Below are positions 39,034-48,675 of a stretch of 64,000 nucleotides of DNA, piece after piece. The stretch is taken from contig DATATV010000051.1 of NCBI GenBank assembly GCA_036268615.1, positions 22,759 to 86,758 of the forward strand, read 5' to 3'. A program made the position numbers and the translations under genes. Under the pieces are notes generated by a model. The model saw nothing but the letters and a program-made list of their open reading frames with translations, did no database searches and was not told the DNA's origin. The stretch is from Pseudonocardiaceae bacterium (GTDB lineage Bacteria > Actinomycetota > Actinomycetes > Mycobacteriales > Pseudonocardiaceae). How positions within the stretch are numbered: position 1 is the first letter of the stretch; every line of letters starts with the position of its first letter.

Positions 39034-40044
39034 TTACTGCTCGCGCATCGCGCGGATCGACTCCCGCAGCGAGGACGTGGTCGCCAGCACGGCGCTGGGT
39101 TCGTAGCCGCAGTGCGCCATGCAGTTGTTGCAGCGCGGGTCCTTGCCGCGACCGTAGGAATCCCAGTCGGTGGTCTCGATGAGTTCCTTGTAGGTCTTGA
39201 CGTAGCCGTCGTTCATCAAATAGCACGGCTTCTGCCAGCCGAGCAGCGAGTAGGACGGGATGCCCCACGCGGTGCACTCGAACTCCACCTTGCCCTCAAG
39301 GAAGTCGAGGAACAGCGGCGAGTGCGAGAGGCGCCACTTCTTGCGCCGGCCGTCCGCGAACGCCTTGCGGAACAGCTCCTTGGTCTCCTCGATGCCCAGG
39401 AAGTGCTCCTGGTCGGGAGCCTTCTCGTAGGCGTATGCCGGCGAGATCATCATCTCGTCGACCTTGAGGTCGTCGTTGAGGTAGTTCATCACGTCGATCA
39501 CGGTCTGCGGCGTGTCGGTGTTGAAGAACGTGGAGTTCGTGGTCACCCGGAACCCGCGGCTCTTCAGCTCCTTGATCGCCTCGACCGCCTCCTCGAACAC
39601 GCCCTCCTTGGAGACCGACTCGTCGTGGCGTTCCTGGAGACCGTCGATGTGCACGGCCCACTGGAAGTACGGGGAGGGCTTGAAGTTGAACTTGTCGATC
39701 CGCTTGCGCACCAGCATCGCGTTGGTGCACAGGATGACGAACTTCTTGCGCTTGACCAACTCGTTGACGATCTCGTCGATCTGCGGGTGCATCAGCGGCT
39801 CGCCACCGGCGATGGACACGGCCGGCGAGCCCGACTCCAGCACCGCGCCGATGGCCTGCTCCACCGGCATCCGCTGGCGCAGGATCTCATGCGGGTGCTG
39901 GATCTTGCCGCAGCCGTTGCACGCGAGATTGCAGGCGAACAGCGGTTCCAACTCGACCACGAGCGGGAACTTCTTCACGCCCTTGATCTTGTTCTTCATC
40001 ACGTAGGCACCGATGCGAACGGCCTGGCGAAGGGGTACTGGCAT
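39034..40044 (-). CDS. hpnH: adenosyl-hopene transferase (radical SAM) HpnH
   Basis: LEPLFACNLACNGCGKIQHP radical SAM motif. Overall similarity to HpnH and location in the hopanoid cluster. Confidence 0.85.
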   Translation of the reverse strand: MPVPLRQAVRIGAYVMKNKIKGVKKFPLVVELEPLFACNLACNGCGKIQHPHEILRQRMPVEQAIGAVLESGSPAVSIAGGEPLMHPQIDEIVNELVKRKKFVILCTNAMLVRKRIDKFNFKPSPYFQWAVHIDGLQERHDESVSKEGVFEEAVEAIKELKSRGFRVTTNSTFFNTDTPQTVIDVMNYLNDDLKVDEMMISPAYAYEKAPDQEHFLGIEETKELFRKAFADGRRKKWRLSHSPLFLDFLEGKVEFECTAWGIPSYSLLGWQKPCYLMNDGYVKTYKELIETTDWDSYGRGKDPRCNNCMAHCGYEPSAVLATTSSLRESIRAMREQ

Positions 40045-41564
40045 TACTGACGCACCTCCTTGGGGAGCGTGAAGCGAATTGTTTCGGTTGTGGTGGACCG
40101 TTCGGCGATGTCCAGCCGGCCGAGCCCGCCGATAGCGGTGACCAACTCGTCGACGAGCGCGTGCGGGGCGGACGCCCCGGCGGAGACCCCGATCCGGCGG
40201 GCCCTGCTCAGCCAGTCCAGCTCGACCTGGCTCACGTCGTCGACCAGGAAGGCGTCCACGCCCTCCCGCCTGGCGACCTCGACGAGCCGTCGCGAGTTCG
40301 ACGAGTTCGCCGAACCCACGACGAGAAACAGGTCGACATCCTTCGCCACGGACACCACAGCCCGTTGGCGATTGGTTGTCGCGTAACAGATGTCGTCCGA
40401 GTTGGGACCGGTGAGCGCGGGGAACTTCGCGCGCAGCGCACGCACGATGCCCTCCGCCTCCTCCACCGCGAGGGTGGTCTGCATCAGGTAGCTGACCCGC
40501 TCCGGATCAGGCACCCGCAGATCGTCCACTTCGGACTCGTCCTGGACGAGAATGGTGTGCTCCGGCTCCTCGCCCAGCGTGCCTTCGGTCTCCTCGTGGC
40601 CGGCGTGCCCGATGAACAGGATCGTGTTGCCCTGCCGGGCGTACCGCCGGGCCTCGTGGTGCACCTTGCCGACCAGCGGGCAGGTCGCGTCGACCACGTC
40701 CAGCCGCTTGGTCTGCGCGACAGACCGCACGCTCGGCGCCACCCCGTGCGCGGAGAACACCAGGGTGGCCTCGTCGGGCACCTCGTCCAGTTCGTCCACG
40801 AACACCGCGCCGCGCCGTTCCAGGTCGGCCACGACGGTCGCGTTGTGCACGATCTGCTTGCGCACGTAGACCGGACCGGGCCGGCTGTCCAGCAACCGCT
40901 CGACGATCTCGATGGCCCGGTCCACACCGGCACAGAACGACCGAGGACTGGCCAGCAGCACCTCTCGCTCGCCGACCGCCGCCGCCCAGGCGAGCAGCGC
41001 CGGTCCGATCCGGCCGAGCACCGACAGCGCGGCCAGCCCGCCGGTCACCGTCGCCGGCCGGACCAGCGGCCGGGACGGCGTGTCCACGATCGCCCGGACC
41101 ACCGCGAACGGCGCGTCCCCGGCGGCCGGTGCGAGCGCGGCGGACTCCATGTCCACCGCGAGCGCGCCGCCGGCGGCGAGTTCGGCCCGCTCCGCGCCGT
41201 GCACCACGTGGTCCACGCCGGCGATCGGTCCGGTGTGCACGGTCAATCCGAGCCGACGCAGTGCGGCGGCCAGCAGCGGAGCGCTCGGACAGGGCAGCGT
41301 GCCACCGGCCCAGCGGATCTCGGTGGCCACCACGAGGTCGCCGGGGGAAAGCTGGTCGGTCAACGCCCCGGCCACCCCGGCCACGGCGAGCGCGGCCGGC
41401 CGGCGGGCGGCCAGTCGGGGAAACGCCCGAGCCGAGCGGGTCGGTCCCATGCCGGTGCGCAGCACGAGGTCACCGGGCAGGCCCCGGCGCACCGCGAACG
41501 CCTCCACCGAGAGCGGCGCGGCAACGACCAACCCGGACTCGGCCGACCCGGGATCAGCCGTCAT
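40044..41564 (-). CDS. ispH: fusion: hopanoid-associated phosphorylase/nucleosidase (HpnG-like) + 4-hydroxy-3-methylbut-2-enyl diphosphate reductase (IspH)
   Basis: N-terminal about 200 aa nucleoside-phosphorylase-like (LAVAGVAGAL...LAVDMESAALA). The remainder is IspH (SPRSFCAGVDRAIE, DATCPLVGKVH, FIGHAGHEE, GSANSSNSRRL). Confidence 0.8.
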   Translation of the reverse strand: MTADPGSAESGLVVAAPLSVEAFAVRRGLPGDLVLRTGMGPTRSARAFPRLAARRPAALAVAGVAGALTDQLSPGDLVVATEIRWAGGTLPCPSAPLLAAALRRLGLTVHTGPIAGVDHVVHGAERAELAAGGALAVDMESAALAPAAGDAPFAVVRAIVDTPSRPLVRPATVTGGLAALSVLGRIGPALLAWAAAVGEREVLLASPRSFCAGVDRAIEIVERLLDSRPGPVYVRKQIVHNATVVADLERRGAVFVDELDEVPDEATLVFSAHGVAPSVRSVAQTKRLDVVDATCPLVGKVHHEARRYARQGNTILFIGHAGHEETEGTLGEEPEHTILVQDESEVDDLRVPDPERVSYLMQTTLAVEEAEGIVRALRAKFPALTGPNSDDICYATTNRQRAVVSVAKDVDLFLVVGSANSSNSRRLVEVARREGVDAFLVDDVSQVELDWLSRARRIGVSAGASAPHALVDELVTAIGGLGRLDIAERSTTTETIRFTLPKEVRQ

Positions 41565-43467
41565 CGCCCACCGCCGTCAGGAACCGGCCCAGCGCGGACA
41601 GCGGGAACACCATCCGGTACAGGTGATAGTTGAGGTAGAAGTCGCCGGGGAAACCGGTGCCGGTGAACTGCGGCTCGTCCCACGAACCGTCCGGCCGCAG
41701 CGTCTCCGAGAGCCAGACGACGCCCCGGTTGACCTCCTCGCCCAGTTCCCCCGCCGCCAGCAGGGCAAGCAGCGCCCAGGCGGTCTGCGACGCGGTCGAG
41801 TCGCCCCGGCCGTGCCACTCCGGGTCGGAGTAGGAGCGCAGGTCCTCGCCCCAGCCGCCGTCGGCGTTCTGGTGCTCGCGCAGCCAGCGCACCGCCCGCC
41901 GGATCGACAGGTCCGAGGTGGGCAGCCCGGCGGCGACCAGCGCCGGCACCGCGGCACCGGTGCCGTAGACGTAGTTCGCGCCCCACCGGCCGAACCAGGA
42001 CCCGTCGGTCTCCTGGTTGTCCAGCAGCCACCGCACCCCGCGCCGGGTCGCCTCCAGCTCGGAAAGTCCTTCCGCGGCAAGCATTTCCACGATGTGCGCG
42101 GTCACGTCGGCCGACGGCGGGTCGATCACCGCGCCGAAGTCGCAGAACGGCAGCTTGGTGGCCAGCGTCCGGGTGTTGTCCACGTCGAACGCGCCCCAGC
42201 CACCGTCCTTGGACTGCATCTCCAGCAGCCAGGCGACCCCCCGGTCGATCGCCGGCCGCAGCCGGTCCGGGTCGGCGTGCCGCGCCCGACGCAACGCGAG
42301 CACCACCTCGGCGGTGTCGTCGGTGTCGGGATAGATGTCGTTGGCGAACTCGAACGCCCAGCCGCCCGGCTGCACGCCCGGCCGGCGCACCGACCAGTCA
42401 CCCGGCCGGCGGATCTCCTCGCCGAGCATCCAGTCCACCGCGGCCACGATCGCCGGATGGTCGGCCGGCGTGCCGGCGTCCAGCAGCCCGGTGACCGCGA
42501 GGCAGGTGTCCCAGACCGGCGACTGACACGCCTCCAGCCAGCGGATCGGCCCCTCCGGCGTCTGCTCCCGGACGGTGAAGCCCTCCAGGCCGTCGATCGC
42601 GTTCTTCAGCACCGGGTGGTCCAATGGATAGCCCATCAGGTGCAAAGCCATGATCGAGTATACCCAGGGCGGCTGGATGCCGCCCCAGCCGCCGTCGGAC
42701 TCCTGCCGGGCCACGATCCACTCCGCGGCCTGCCGCATGGCCATCCCGCGCAGCGGCTTCACCGGCAGCTTCTGGTAGCCGTGCAGCACCTTGTCCAGCT
42801 GCTCGAAGATCCCGCCGATGGAGAACAGTGGCGTGCTGGACCTGCGGGCCGTGCCGGTACGCAACTCGGCGACGGTGATGCCCAGCGAGCGGACCGGCCG
42901 GATCGCGTTGACGATGGTCAGCGGCACCACGGTCTGCCGGGCCCAGCAGCCCCAGTCGTAGACGTTGAGCGGCACCCATTCCGGCAGGAAGATCAGCTCC
43001 GGCGGCATGATCGGCAGGTCGTCCCAGGACCACTCGCCGAACAGCGCCAGCCAGACCCGGGTGAACACCCTGGTCTGCTCGATGCCGCCGTGCGCCAGGA
43101 TGAACTCCCGGGCCAGCCGCATGTGCTCGGCGTCCGGCGGGTCCCCGGCCAGCTTGAGCGCGACATACGCCTCCACCGTGGTGGACAGCTCCGCCGGGCC
43201 GCCGTGGAAGGTCGCCCAGGTGCCGTCCGCGCGCTGCTGCGAGCGGACCCAGCGGGCCGTCTCCTCGGTCTCCTGCGCCTTCCTGATACCCAGGAACTGG
43301 CGCAGCATCAGGTCTTCCGCGTCCATCGTGACGTTGGTCTGGAGATTTCCCTTCCACCATCCGGTGTCCTTCTGGATGGAGAGCAGGTAGTCCCGGGCCA
43401 GGTCCACGGTGTGTCGGGCGCGCCCGACAACGGAGTCCTCGGTCTGGCCGACCAGCAGCGAACTCAT
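41554..43467 (-). CDS. shc: squalene-hopene cyclase
   Basis: Start MSSLLVGQ (ATG at 43467, ATGA overlap). DxDD motif in YPDTDDTAEV. Repeated QW motifs (ADGGWGE, KDGGWGA, DGSW). Confidence 0.93.
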   Translation of the reverse strand: MSSLLVGQTEDSVVGRARHTVDLARDYLLSIQKDTGWWKGNLQTNVTMDAEDLMLRQFLGIRKAQETEETARWVRSQQRADGTWATFHGGPAELSTTVEAYVALKLAGDPPDAEHMRLAREFILAHGGIEQTRVFTRVWLALFGEWSWDDLPIMPPELIFLPEWVPLNVYDWGCWARQTVVPLTIVNAIRPVRSLGITVAELRTGTARRSSTPLFSIGGIFEQLDKVLHGYQKLPVKPLRGMAMRQAAEWIVARQESDGGWGGIQPPWVYSIMALHLMGYPLDHPVLKNAIDGLEGFTVREQTPEGPIRWLEACQSPVWDTCLAVTGLLDAGTPADHPAIVAAVDWMLGEEIRRPGDWSVRRPGVQPGGWAFEFANDIYPDTDDTAEVVLALRRARHADPDRLRPAIDRGVAWLLEMQSKDGGWGAFDVDNTRTLATKLPFCDFGAVIDPPSADVTAHIVEMLAAEGLSELEATRRGVRWLLDNQETDGSWFGRWGANYVYGTGAAVPALVAAGLPTSDLSIRRAVRWLREHQNADGGWGEDLRSYSDPEWHGRGDSTASQTAWALLALLAAGELGEEVNRGVVWLSETLRPDGSWDEPQFTGTGFPGDFYLNYHLYRMVFPLSALGRFLTAVGDDG

Positions 43468-44486
43468 CGATCCCTCCTGGTCACGAAGAGCGTGATCGCC
43501 CGCAGCGCCTCGCCGACCGGCGTGGGCAGGTCCAACTCGTCCAGGCAGCGCAAGGATGCCTCGATGTGCCGGTCGGCCTCCAGCTCGGTCCACTTCAGAC
43601 CGCCGGCCCGCTCGACCAGGTCGGCCATCAGCACCAGCCGGGCCTCGTCGTCGGTGACGTCGGGCGCGAAGTACAGCTCGGCCAGCCGGGCGCCGGACTC
43701 GGTGCCGGAGTTGAGCGCGGCCACCACCGGCACGGACTTCTTGCGCGCCCGCAGGTCGGCGAGTCTGGGTTTGCCGGTCACCTCGGGTTCGCCCCAGATG
43801 CCGAGCAGGTCGTCGACGAGCTGGAAGGCCAGGCCGAGATGGTCGCCGTACTCGGCGAAGGTGCGCACCACCGACTCCGGCGCCCCGACCGCGAGCGCGC
43901 CGATCTCCACCGCGCAGCGCATCAGCGCGCCGGTCTTGCCGGCCGCCATCGTCAGGCACTCGGCGACCGACACGTCCGACCGGCGCTCGAACTCGACATC
44001 CGAGCTCTGCCCGACGATCAGCCGCTGCACCGCGTCGTTCAGGCAGCCGACCACCTCACCGGACAGGGTCACCTCGGTGCCCCGGCGGGCGGTCTCCACG
44101 GCGAGCGTGAGCAACGCGTCGCCGGCCAGGATCGCCGCCGGCACACCGAAGACCGTCCACGCGGTCGGCCGGTGCCGCCGCTCGGTGTCGTTGTCCATCA
44201 CGTCGTCGTGCAGCAGCGAGAAGTTGTGCACCAGTTCCACCGCGATCGCCGCCGGCACCGCGGGCTCCGGGCCACCGCCGGTGGCCTGCGCGGCCAGCAG
44301 GGTCAGCGCCGGCCGCAGCGACTTGCCGCCACCGCCGGGGGTGTCCTGACCGTGCTCGTCGGCCCAGCCGAGGTGGTACCGCGCGACGGTGCGCATGGAC
44401 GGAGCCAGCTCGTCGATCGCCTTCCGCAGCGCCGGATCGACCAGTTCCCTGGCCGCCGTGACCTCCGCGGGCAGCGTCGCGGTCAT
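43464..44486 (-). CDS. polyprenyl diphosphate synthase (hopanoid-cluster FPP synthase type)
   Basis: Start MTATLPAE. First and second Asp-rich motifs LLHDDVMD and FQLVDDLLG. Confidence 0.88.
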   Translation of the reverse strand: MTATLPAEVTAARELVDPALRKAIDELAPSMRTVARYHLGWADEHGQDTPGGGGKSLRPALTLLAAQATGGGPEPAVPAAIAVELVHNFSLLHDDVMDNDTERRHRPTAWTVFGVPAAILAGDALLTLAVETARRGTEVTLSGEVVGCLNDAVQRLIVGQSSDVEFERRSDVSVAECLTMAAGKTGALMRCAVEIGALAVGAPESVVRTFAEYGDHLGLAFQLVDDLLGIWGEPEVTGKPRLADLRARKKSVPVVAALNSGTESGARLAELYFAPDVTDDEARLVLMADLVERAGGLKWTELEADRHIEASLRCLDELDLPTPVGEALRAITLFVTRRDR

Positions 44487-45826
44487 GCCGCGCTCCCGAC
44501 GACCCGGTGCGCGAGGTGCGCCCCGACGACTCGTGCCGCTTCGTTTCCGCTTCGCACAGCACCCTCCATCGTGTCGGGCCATCCGGTCGCGGTCCACGCG
44601 CCGGCCAGCACGCAACCGGGCAACCCGGTACGCGCGGCAGGACGCAACCGACCACTTCCGGGCGACTGCCGGAACGTCGCCCGCCGTTCGCGGGTGACGA
44701 AGAACGCGGTGTTCACCGCGTTCCTGGCCCTGGGGAACAACCGGAGCAGCTCGGGCAGGAAGACCTCCCGCAACCGAGCCGTCGGCTCGTCGATCCACTC
44801 CCCCGCCGCGGACAACGACACGGCGAGGTACTGCCCACTGTCCACACCGGATATATCACTCCGGTCGAAGACCCACTGCACCGGGGAACCCACCACGGCG
44901 ACGAACGGCAGCTCGGTGACCGGCCGGTCATACACCGCGTGCACGTTGACGATCGGCGCCGACCCGAGCGCGCCGAGATCGGTCCCGGCCGGCAACGCGC
45001 CGGCCGGCAGGATCTCCGCGGTCGCCTCCGGCGGCGCGGCCACGATCACCGCGTCCACGTCGAGGGTCTGACCGTCCACATCGATCTCGTAGCCGGCGTC
45101 GGTCGGCTTGATCGCGCGGGCCGAGGTGCGCAGTTGGACGGTCGCGCCGTGCGCCCGCAGGTAGTCCGCGGCCGGGTCGCCGTGCAGCCGGCCGAGCGGG
45201 ATGCGCGGCACGCCGATGTCCGAGGCGTCCGCGCGTTCCAGCAGCGCGGTCCGGAAGACCATCGCGCACAGGGCGAGCGAGGCCGAGGCCGCGTCGGTGT
45301 TCAGCGCGGCCACCGTGATCAGGTCCCACAGCGCCTCGATCGCCGCCGGCCGCTGGCCGTGCGCGGTGAGCCAGTCGGCGAAGCTGCGCTCGTCGGTGCG
45401 CGGGTCGGCCGGGTCCACCGTGCGCAGCATCGCGGCCGCGTAGAGCACCCGGGCCCGGTCGGCCGGCGGCAGCAGCCGGTAGCGAGCGAGGCTCGACCCG
45501 AGATGCAGCGGCGCCGGCAGGCTGGTGCGGGACAACTCGCCGTACCGGCCGTCCCGGGTGATCACCGGCACGCGGAACCGGTCCTGCAGGTCGATCTGGT
45601 CGCCCACGCCGATCAGGTCCAGAAAGGCGCGGTACTCGGTGTAGCAGCGCAACAGCACGTGCTGCCCGTTGTCCACGGCCAACCCGTCCCGGTCGAAGGA
45701 GAAGGTCGCGCCACCCAACCGGGCACGCGCCTCCAGCAAGGTGACCTGATGCCCCTGCTCGGCCAGCTTGCAGGCGGCGGCCAACCCGGCCAGCCCGCCA
45801 CCGACCACCGCGACCGAACCGCTCAT
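44483..45826 (-). CDS. hpnE: hydroxysqualene dehydroxylase (FAD-dependent) HpnE
   Basis: Start MSGSVAVVGGGLAGLAAACKLAE (dinucleotide-binding GxGxxG). Amine-oxidase-like body. Position between hpnD and the polyprenyl synthase. Confidence 0.85.
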   Translation of the reverse strand: MSGSVAVVGGGLAGLAAACKLAEQGHQVTLLEARARLGGATFSFDRDGLAVDNGQHVLLRCYTEYRAFLDLIGVGDQIDLQDRFRVPVITRDGRYGELSRTSLPAPLHLGSSLARYRLLPPADRARVLYAAAMLRTVDPADPRTDERSFADWLTAHGQRPAAIEALWDLITVAALNTDAASASLALCAMVFRTALLERADASDIGVPRIPLGRLHGDPAADYLRAHGATVQLRTSARAIKPTDAGYEIDVDGQTLDVDAVIVAAPPEATAEILPAGALPAGTDLGALGSAPIVNVHAVYDRPVTELPFVAVVGSPVQWVFDRSDISGVDSGQYLAVSLSAAGEWIDEPTARLREVFLPELLRLFPRARNAVNTAFFVTRERRATFRQSPGSGRLRPAARTGLPGCVLAGAWTATGWPDTMEGAVRSGNEAARVVGAHLAHRVVGSAA

Positions 45827-46692
45827 AGCGCCGCCCCCGCCAGCGACCGCACCGCGACGGCGGCCTTCTCCCAGCCGGGCAGCGACATCCGCGAGCGCAG
45901 CACGAGCCACGGGCGGGCCATGATCCGCTCCAGCAGCCGCTGGTAGATGCCCGCCATCGCGGCGCAGCAGGCGCGGCTGCGCGCGTCCAGCATCGGCAGC
46001 AGGGTCAGCCCGGTGGCGTACCACTCCTGCGCGCGGGCCGCCTCGAACTCGATCAGCGCGGTGAGCGCGTCCTCGTCGTCGGTGAACCGGCCCTGCTCGT
46101 CGAGGTCGAAGGTGCAGCCGAACTGGTCGAGATCGCGCTGCGGCAGGTAGATCCGACCGTTGACCCGGTCCTCCAGGATGTCCCGGAGAATGTTGGTCAG
46201 CTGGAGCGCGACGCCCAGCGCGTCGGCGATCGAGTCGGTCTGCTCGCGCTGCCGCTGCACCGCGGGCCCGCCGAACACGGCCAACGAGAGCCGGCCGATC
46301 GAACCGGCCACGCACCGGCAGTAGCCGTGCAGATCGTTGAACGTGCGGTAGGCGGTGCCCCGCACATCGGCCTCACAGCCGTCGATCAGCTCGTCGAACG
46401 CGGAGATCGGCAGCCCGGTCCGCTGCGCGGTGTCGGCCAGCGCGACCAGCACCGCATCGTCACCGGGATGATCGAGCGAGTGCAGCTGGGTCCGCACGTC
46501 GGTGAGCCCACGCAACCGCACCTCGGCCGCGTCGTCACTGTCCCCGATGTCGTCCACCCGGCGGGCGAACGCGTAGACCGCCGAGAGCGACCGACGCTTG
46601 GGCGGGGGCAGCAGTTTGATGCCGTAGGAGAAGTTGCGGGCCTGCTCGGTGGTGATCCGCTCGCATTCCGCGTAGGCGGCTTCGGTGTTCAC
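45823..46692 (-). CDS. hpnD: presqualene diphosphate synthase HpnD
   Basis: GTG start overlaps the hpnC stop (GTGA). NFSYGIKLLP, YAFARRVDDIGD, ILRDILED. Confidence 0.85.
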   Translation of the reverse strand: MNTEAAYAECERITTEQARNFSYGIKLLPPPKRRSLSAVYAFARRVDDIGDSDDAAEVRLRGLTDVRTQLHSLDHPGDDAVLVALADTAQRTGLPISAFDELIDGCEADVRGTAYRTFNDLHGYCRCVAGSIGRLSLAVFGGPAVQRQREQTDSIADALGVALQLTNILRDILEDRVNGRIYLPQRDLDQFGCTFDLDEQGRFTDDEDALTALIEFEAARAQEWYATGLTLLPMLDARSRACCAAMAGIYQRLLERIMARPWLVLRSRMSLPGWEKAAVAVRSLAGAAL

Positions 46693-47579
46693 CGTGGGCC
46701 TCCGGCGGTGACCAGCAACCGCGTCCACTGGCTCAGCGTGGCGGTTTTGGCCGGTTTCGGCGTGCTGGTGAGCACGTCGTAGTTGGCGTCCGCGATGGCC
46801 TTCGCGGTGGCGAGTCCGCCGGCAAGGTAGCCGCTCACCGCGAGTCGGGCCCAGCCGTGCAGTTGCGGAATCAGCGGAGCGCCGTCGTCGAGCAGACGCA
46901 GTGCGCGCTGCGTCTCGAAGGCGAGCAGCGCGCGCACCGGTGTGGTGGACGGCGGTGACTTGAGTTCGGATTCGGCCACGCCGAACCGATCCAGATCTTC
47001 CTGCGGCAAGTACACCCGGCCCCGTTCAAGGTCTTCCAGTACGTCCTGGCAGTGCTCCAGGATCTGCAGCGCGGTGCAGATCCGGTCGGACAGTTCCCTG
47101 CGCGCCGACGTGAACTGGCCGAACACGTGGAGCACGAGGTGGCCGACCGGATTCGCGGATAGTTCGCAGTAGGCAAGGAGTTCGTCGTAACTCGAGTAGC
47201 GCTGAACGACCTGGTCCTGGCGGTTGGCAGCGATCAGGGCGTCGAACGGTTCGCGAGGAATCGAACAGGTCTGGATCGTGGCGGGGAGATCATGTAGGCT
47301 CCCGTGCCACGGTTCCTGGCCGGCGTAGATGCGATCGAGATCCTGAGAAACCTTGTCCAACAAGGTAATTCGGTTCCCGATTGCTTCGTCGCCGATGTCG
47401 TCCACCAGTCGGGCGAACGAGTACACGGCCAACAGGTGCCGGCGGAACGCGGCCGGCAACAGCCGTGCCGCGACCGAGAAGTTCTCCCCCTCGACCCGCT
47501 CCAGGGGTGAGTTCGACGTGGTACTGTGAGATAAATTCGTCTCATTTTGCTGGGAGGCGTTCAGGTAGCGACGAACCAC
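46689..47579 (-). CDS. hpnC: hydroxysqualene synthase HpnC (start uncertain; GTG at 47579 proposed)
   Basis: ENFSVAARLLP, YSFARLVDDIGDE, ILEHCQDVLED (squalene/phytoene synthase family). The upstream part of the track ORF is AT-richer and looks non-coding. Confidence 0.8.
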   Translation of the reverse strand: MVRRYLNASQQNETNLSHSTTSNSPLERVEGENFSVAARLLPAAFRRHLLAVYSFARLVDDIGDEAIGNRITLLDKVSQDLDRIYAGQEPWHGSLHDLPATIQTCSIPREPFDALIAANRQDQVVQRYSSYDELLAYCELSANPVGHLVLHVFGQFTSARRELSDRICTALQILEHCQDVLEDLERGRVYLPQEDLDRFGVAESELKSPPSTTPVRALLAFETQRALRLLDDGAPLIPQLHGWARLAVSGYLAGGLATAKAIADANYDVLTSTPKPAKTATLSQWTRLLVTAGGPR

Positions 47580-47850
47580 GGCGGTTGACCACTCGCGGCA
47601 TGCGCTCCAAAGTGCCGATACCACCGGGGAACCTCCACGTCCGTTCACACAGGGCACCCATCGTGCAGGGCTTGATCGAGAACCGCAGCTCGAATTCGCC
47701 CCCAATCGGGTGGAGTCAGCGTGAGCGAGGGTGGGCCCAGACGGGCACGCATCGTCCCCGACAGGTCCCCACCGACATCACCGTCGCCGACCAGCACCTT
47801 GCCTTAGCACCGTCATTACCTGCAGTTTTCATCCGAATACTGCTGCGCTA

Positions 47851-47869
47851 TACAGGTAATATGCCTGTA
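47851..47869. promoter_or_regulatory. palindrome TACAGG-N7-CCTGTA in the divergent hpnC / marR intergenic region
   Basis: Perfect 6-bp arms, 46-64 nt upstream of the MarR gene start, in an unusually AT-rich stretch. Confidence 0.3.
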
Positions 47870-47914
47870 CCGTACACGTAGGTACCCCCAACGTGGAAGT
47901 CCCAGGAGGGTGGG

Positions 47915-48421
47915 TTGGCCGTGTCTCACAGACGAAGCCTCGGTAGCGCCGCCCAGAGCGATCCGGTTGATCAAATCGAGACCGAGGTCACCAAGCTGGC
48001 GCGCACCATCGCCATGCTCGGCCGGACACCCGAGCCGAGCCTGGGACTGGACCGGGCCGGGTACCTGCTGCTGCGCACACTGGAGCGAATCGGCCCGGCG
48101 AGCATCAACACCATCGCCGGCGCGGTCGGCCTGGACGGCTCCACAGTGACCCGTCAGGTGTCGACCATGAAGGAACTGGGCCTGGTCGAACGCAAGACCA
48201 ACCCCGGCGACCGTCGTTCCTGCATCATCAGCCCGACCGCTGCCGGCCGCGAGCTGATGCGACACATGCGCCGGGTCCGCCGGAGCAACCTGGACACGGT
48301 GACCAGGGACTGGACCGAGGACGACCGCAGTGCGCTGGGCCGGCTGCTGGCGAAGCTGAACGACTCGATCTCCCGGGCCACCGGCTGCGCCGACCCGATC
48401 GCCGCCCGCCCGGCCAGCTGA
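47915..48421 (+). CDS. MarR-family transcriptional regulator
   Basis: Winged-helix segment INTIAGAVGLDGSTVTRQVSTMKELGLVERKTNPGDRRS. Confidence 0.85.
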   Translation: MAVSHRRSLGSAAQSDPVDQIETEVTKLARTIAMLGRTPEPSLGLDRAGYLLLRTLERIGPASINTIAGAVGLDGSTVTRQVSTMKELGLVERKTNPGDRRSCIISPTAAGRELMRHMRRVRRSNLDTVTRDWTEDDRSALGRLLAKLNDSISRATGCADPIAARPAS

Positions 48422-48675
48422 CCCCCTGCGCTCTGCCTGACCGCCGCCACCGAGCGGCCGCAGCTGCCCCATTCACTTTCCGGCCTCCGTTGATGTCCAC
48501 AATGGAGGAATGTGGGGTCCGCCCGATTCGCGGCGACAAGCACCCCTGGGCCTGGATCGGTCGGACCCGCGCTACCCGGGCCGTCATCCGAACAGGTGAC
48601 CATCGGTAACCGTCCGGAATGTCCGTCCGATCACCATCGTGCCGGCAGCCGCAGGCACGACCCCAGGAGCACCCC

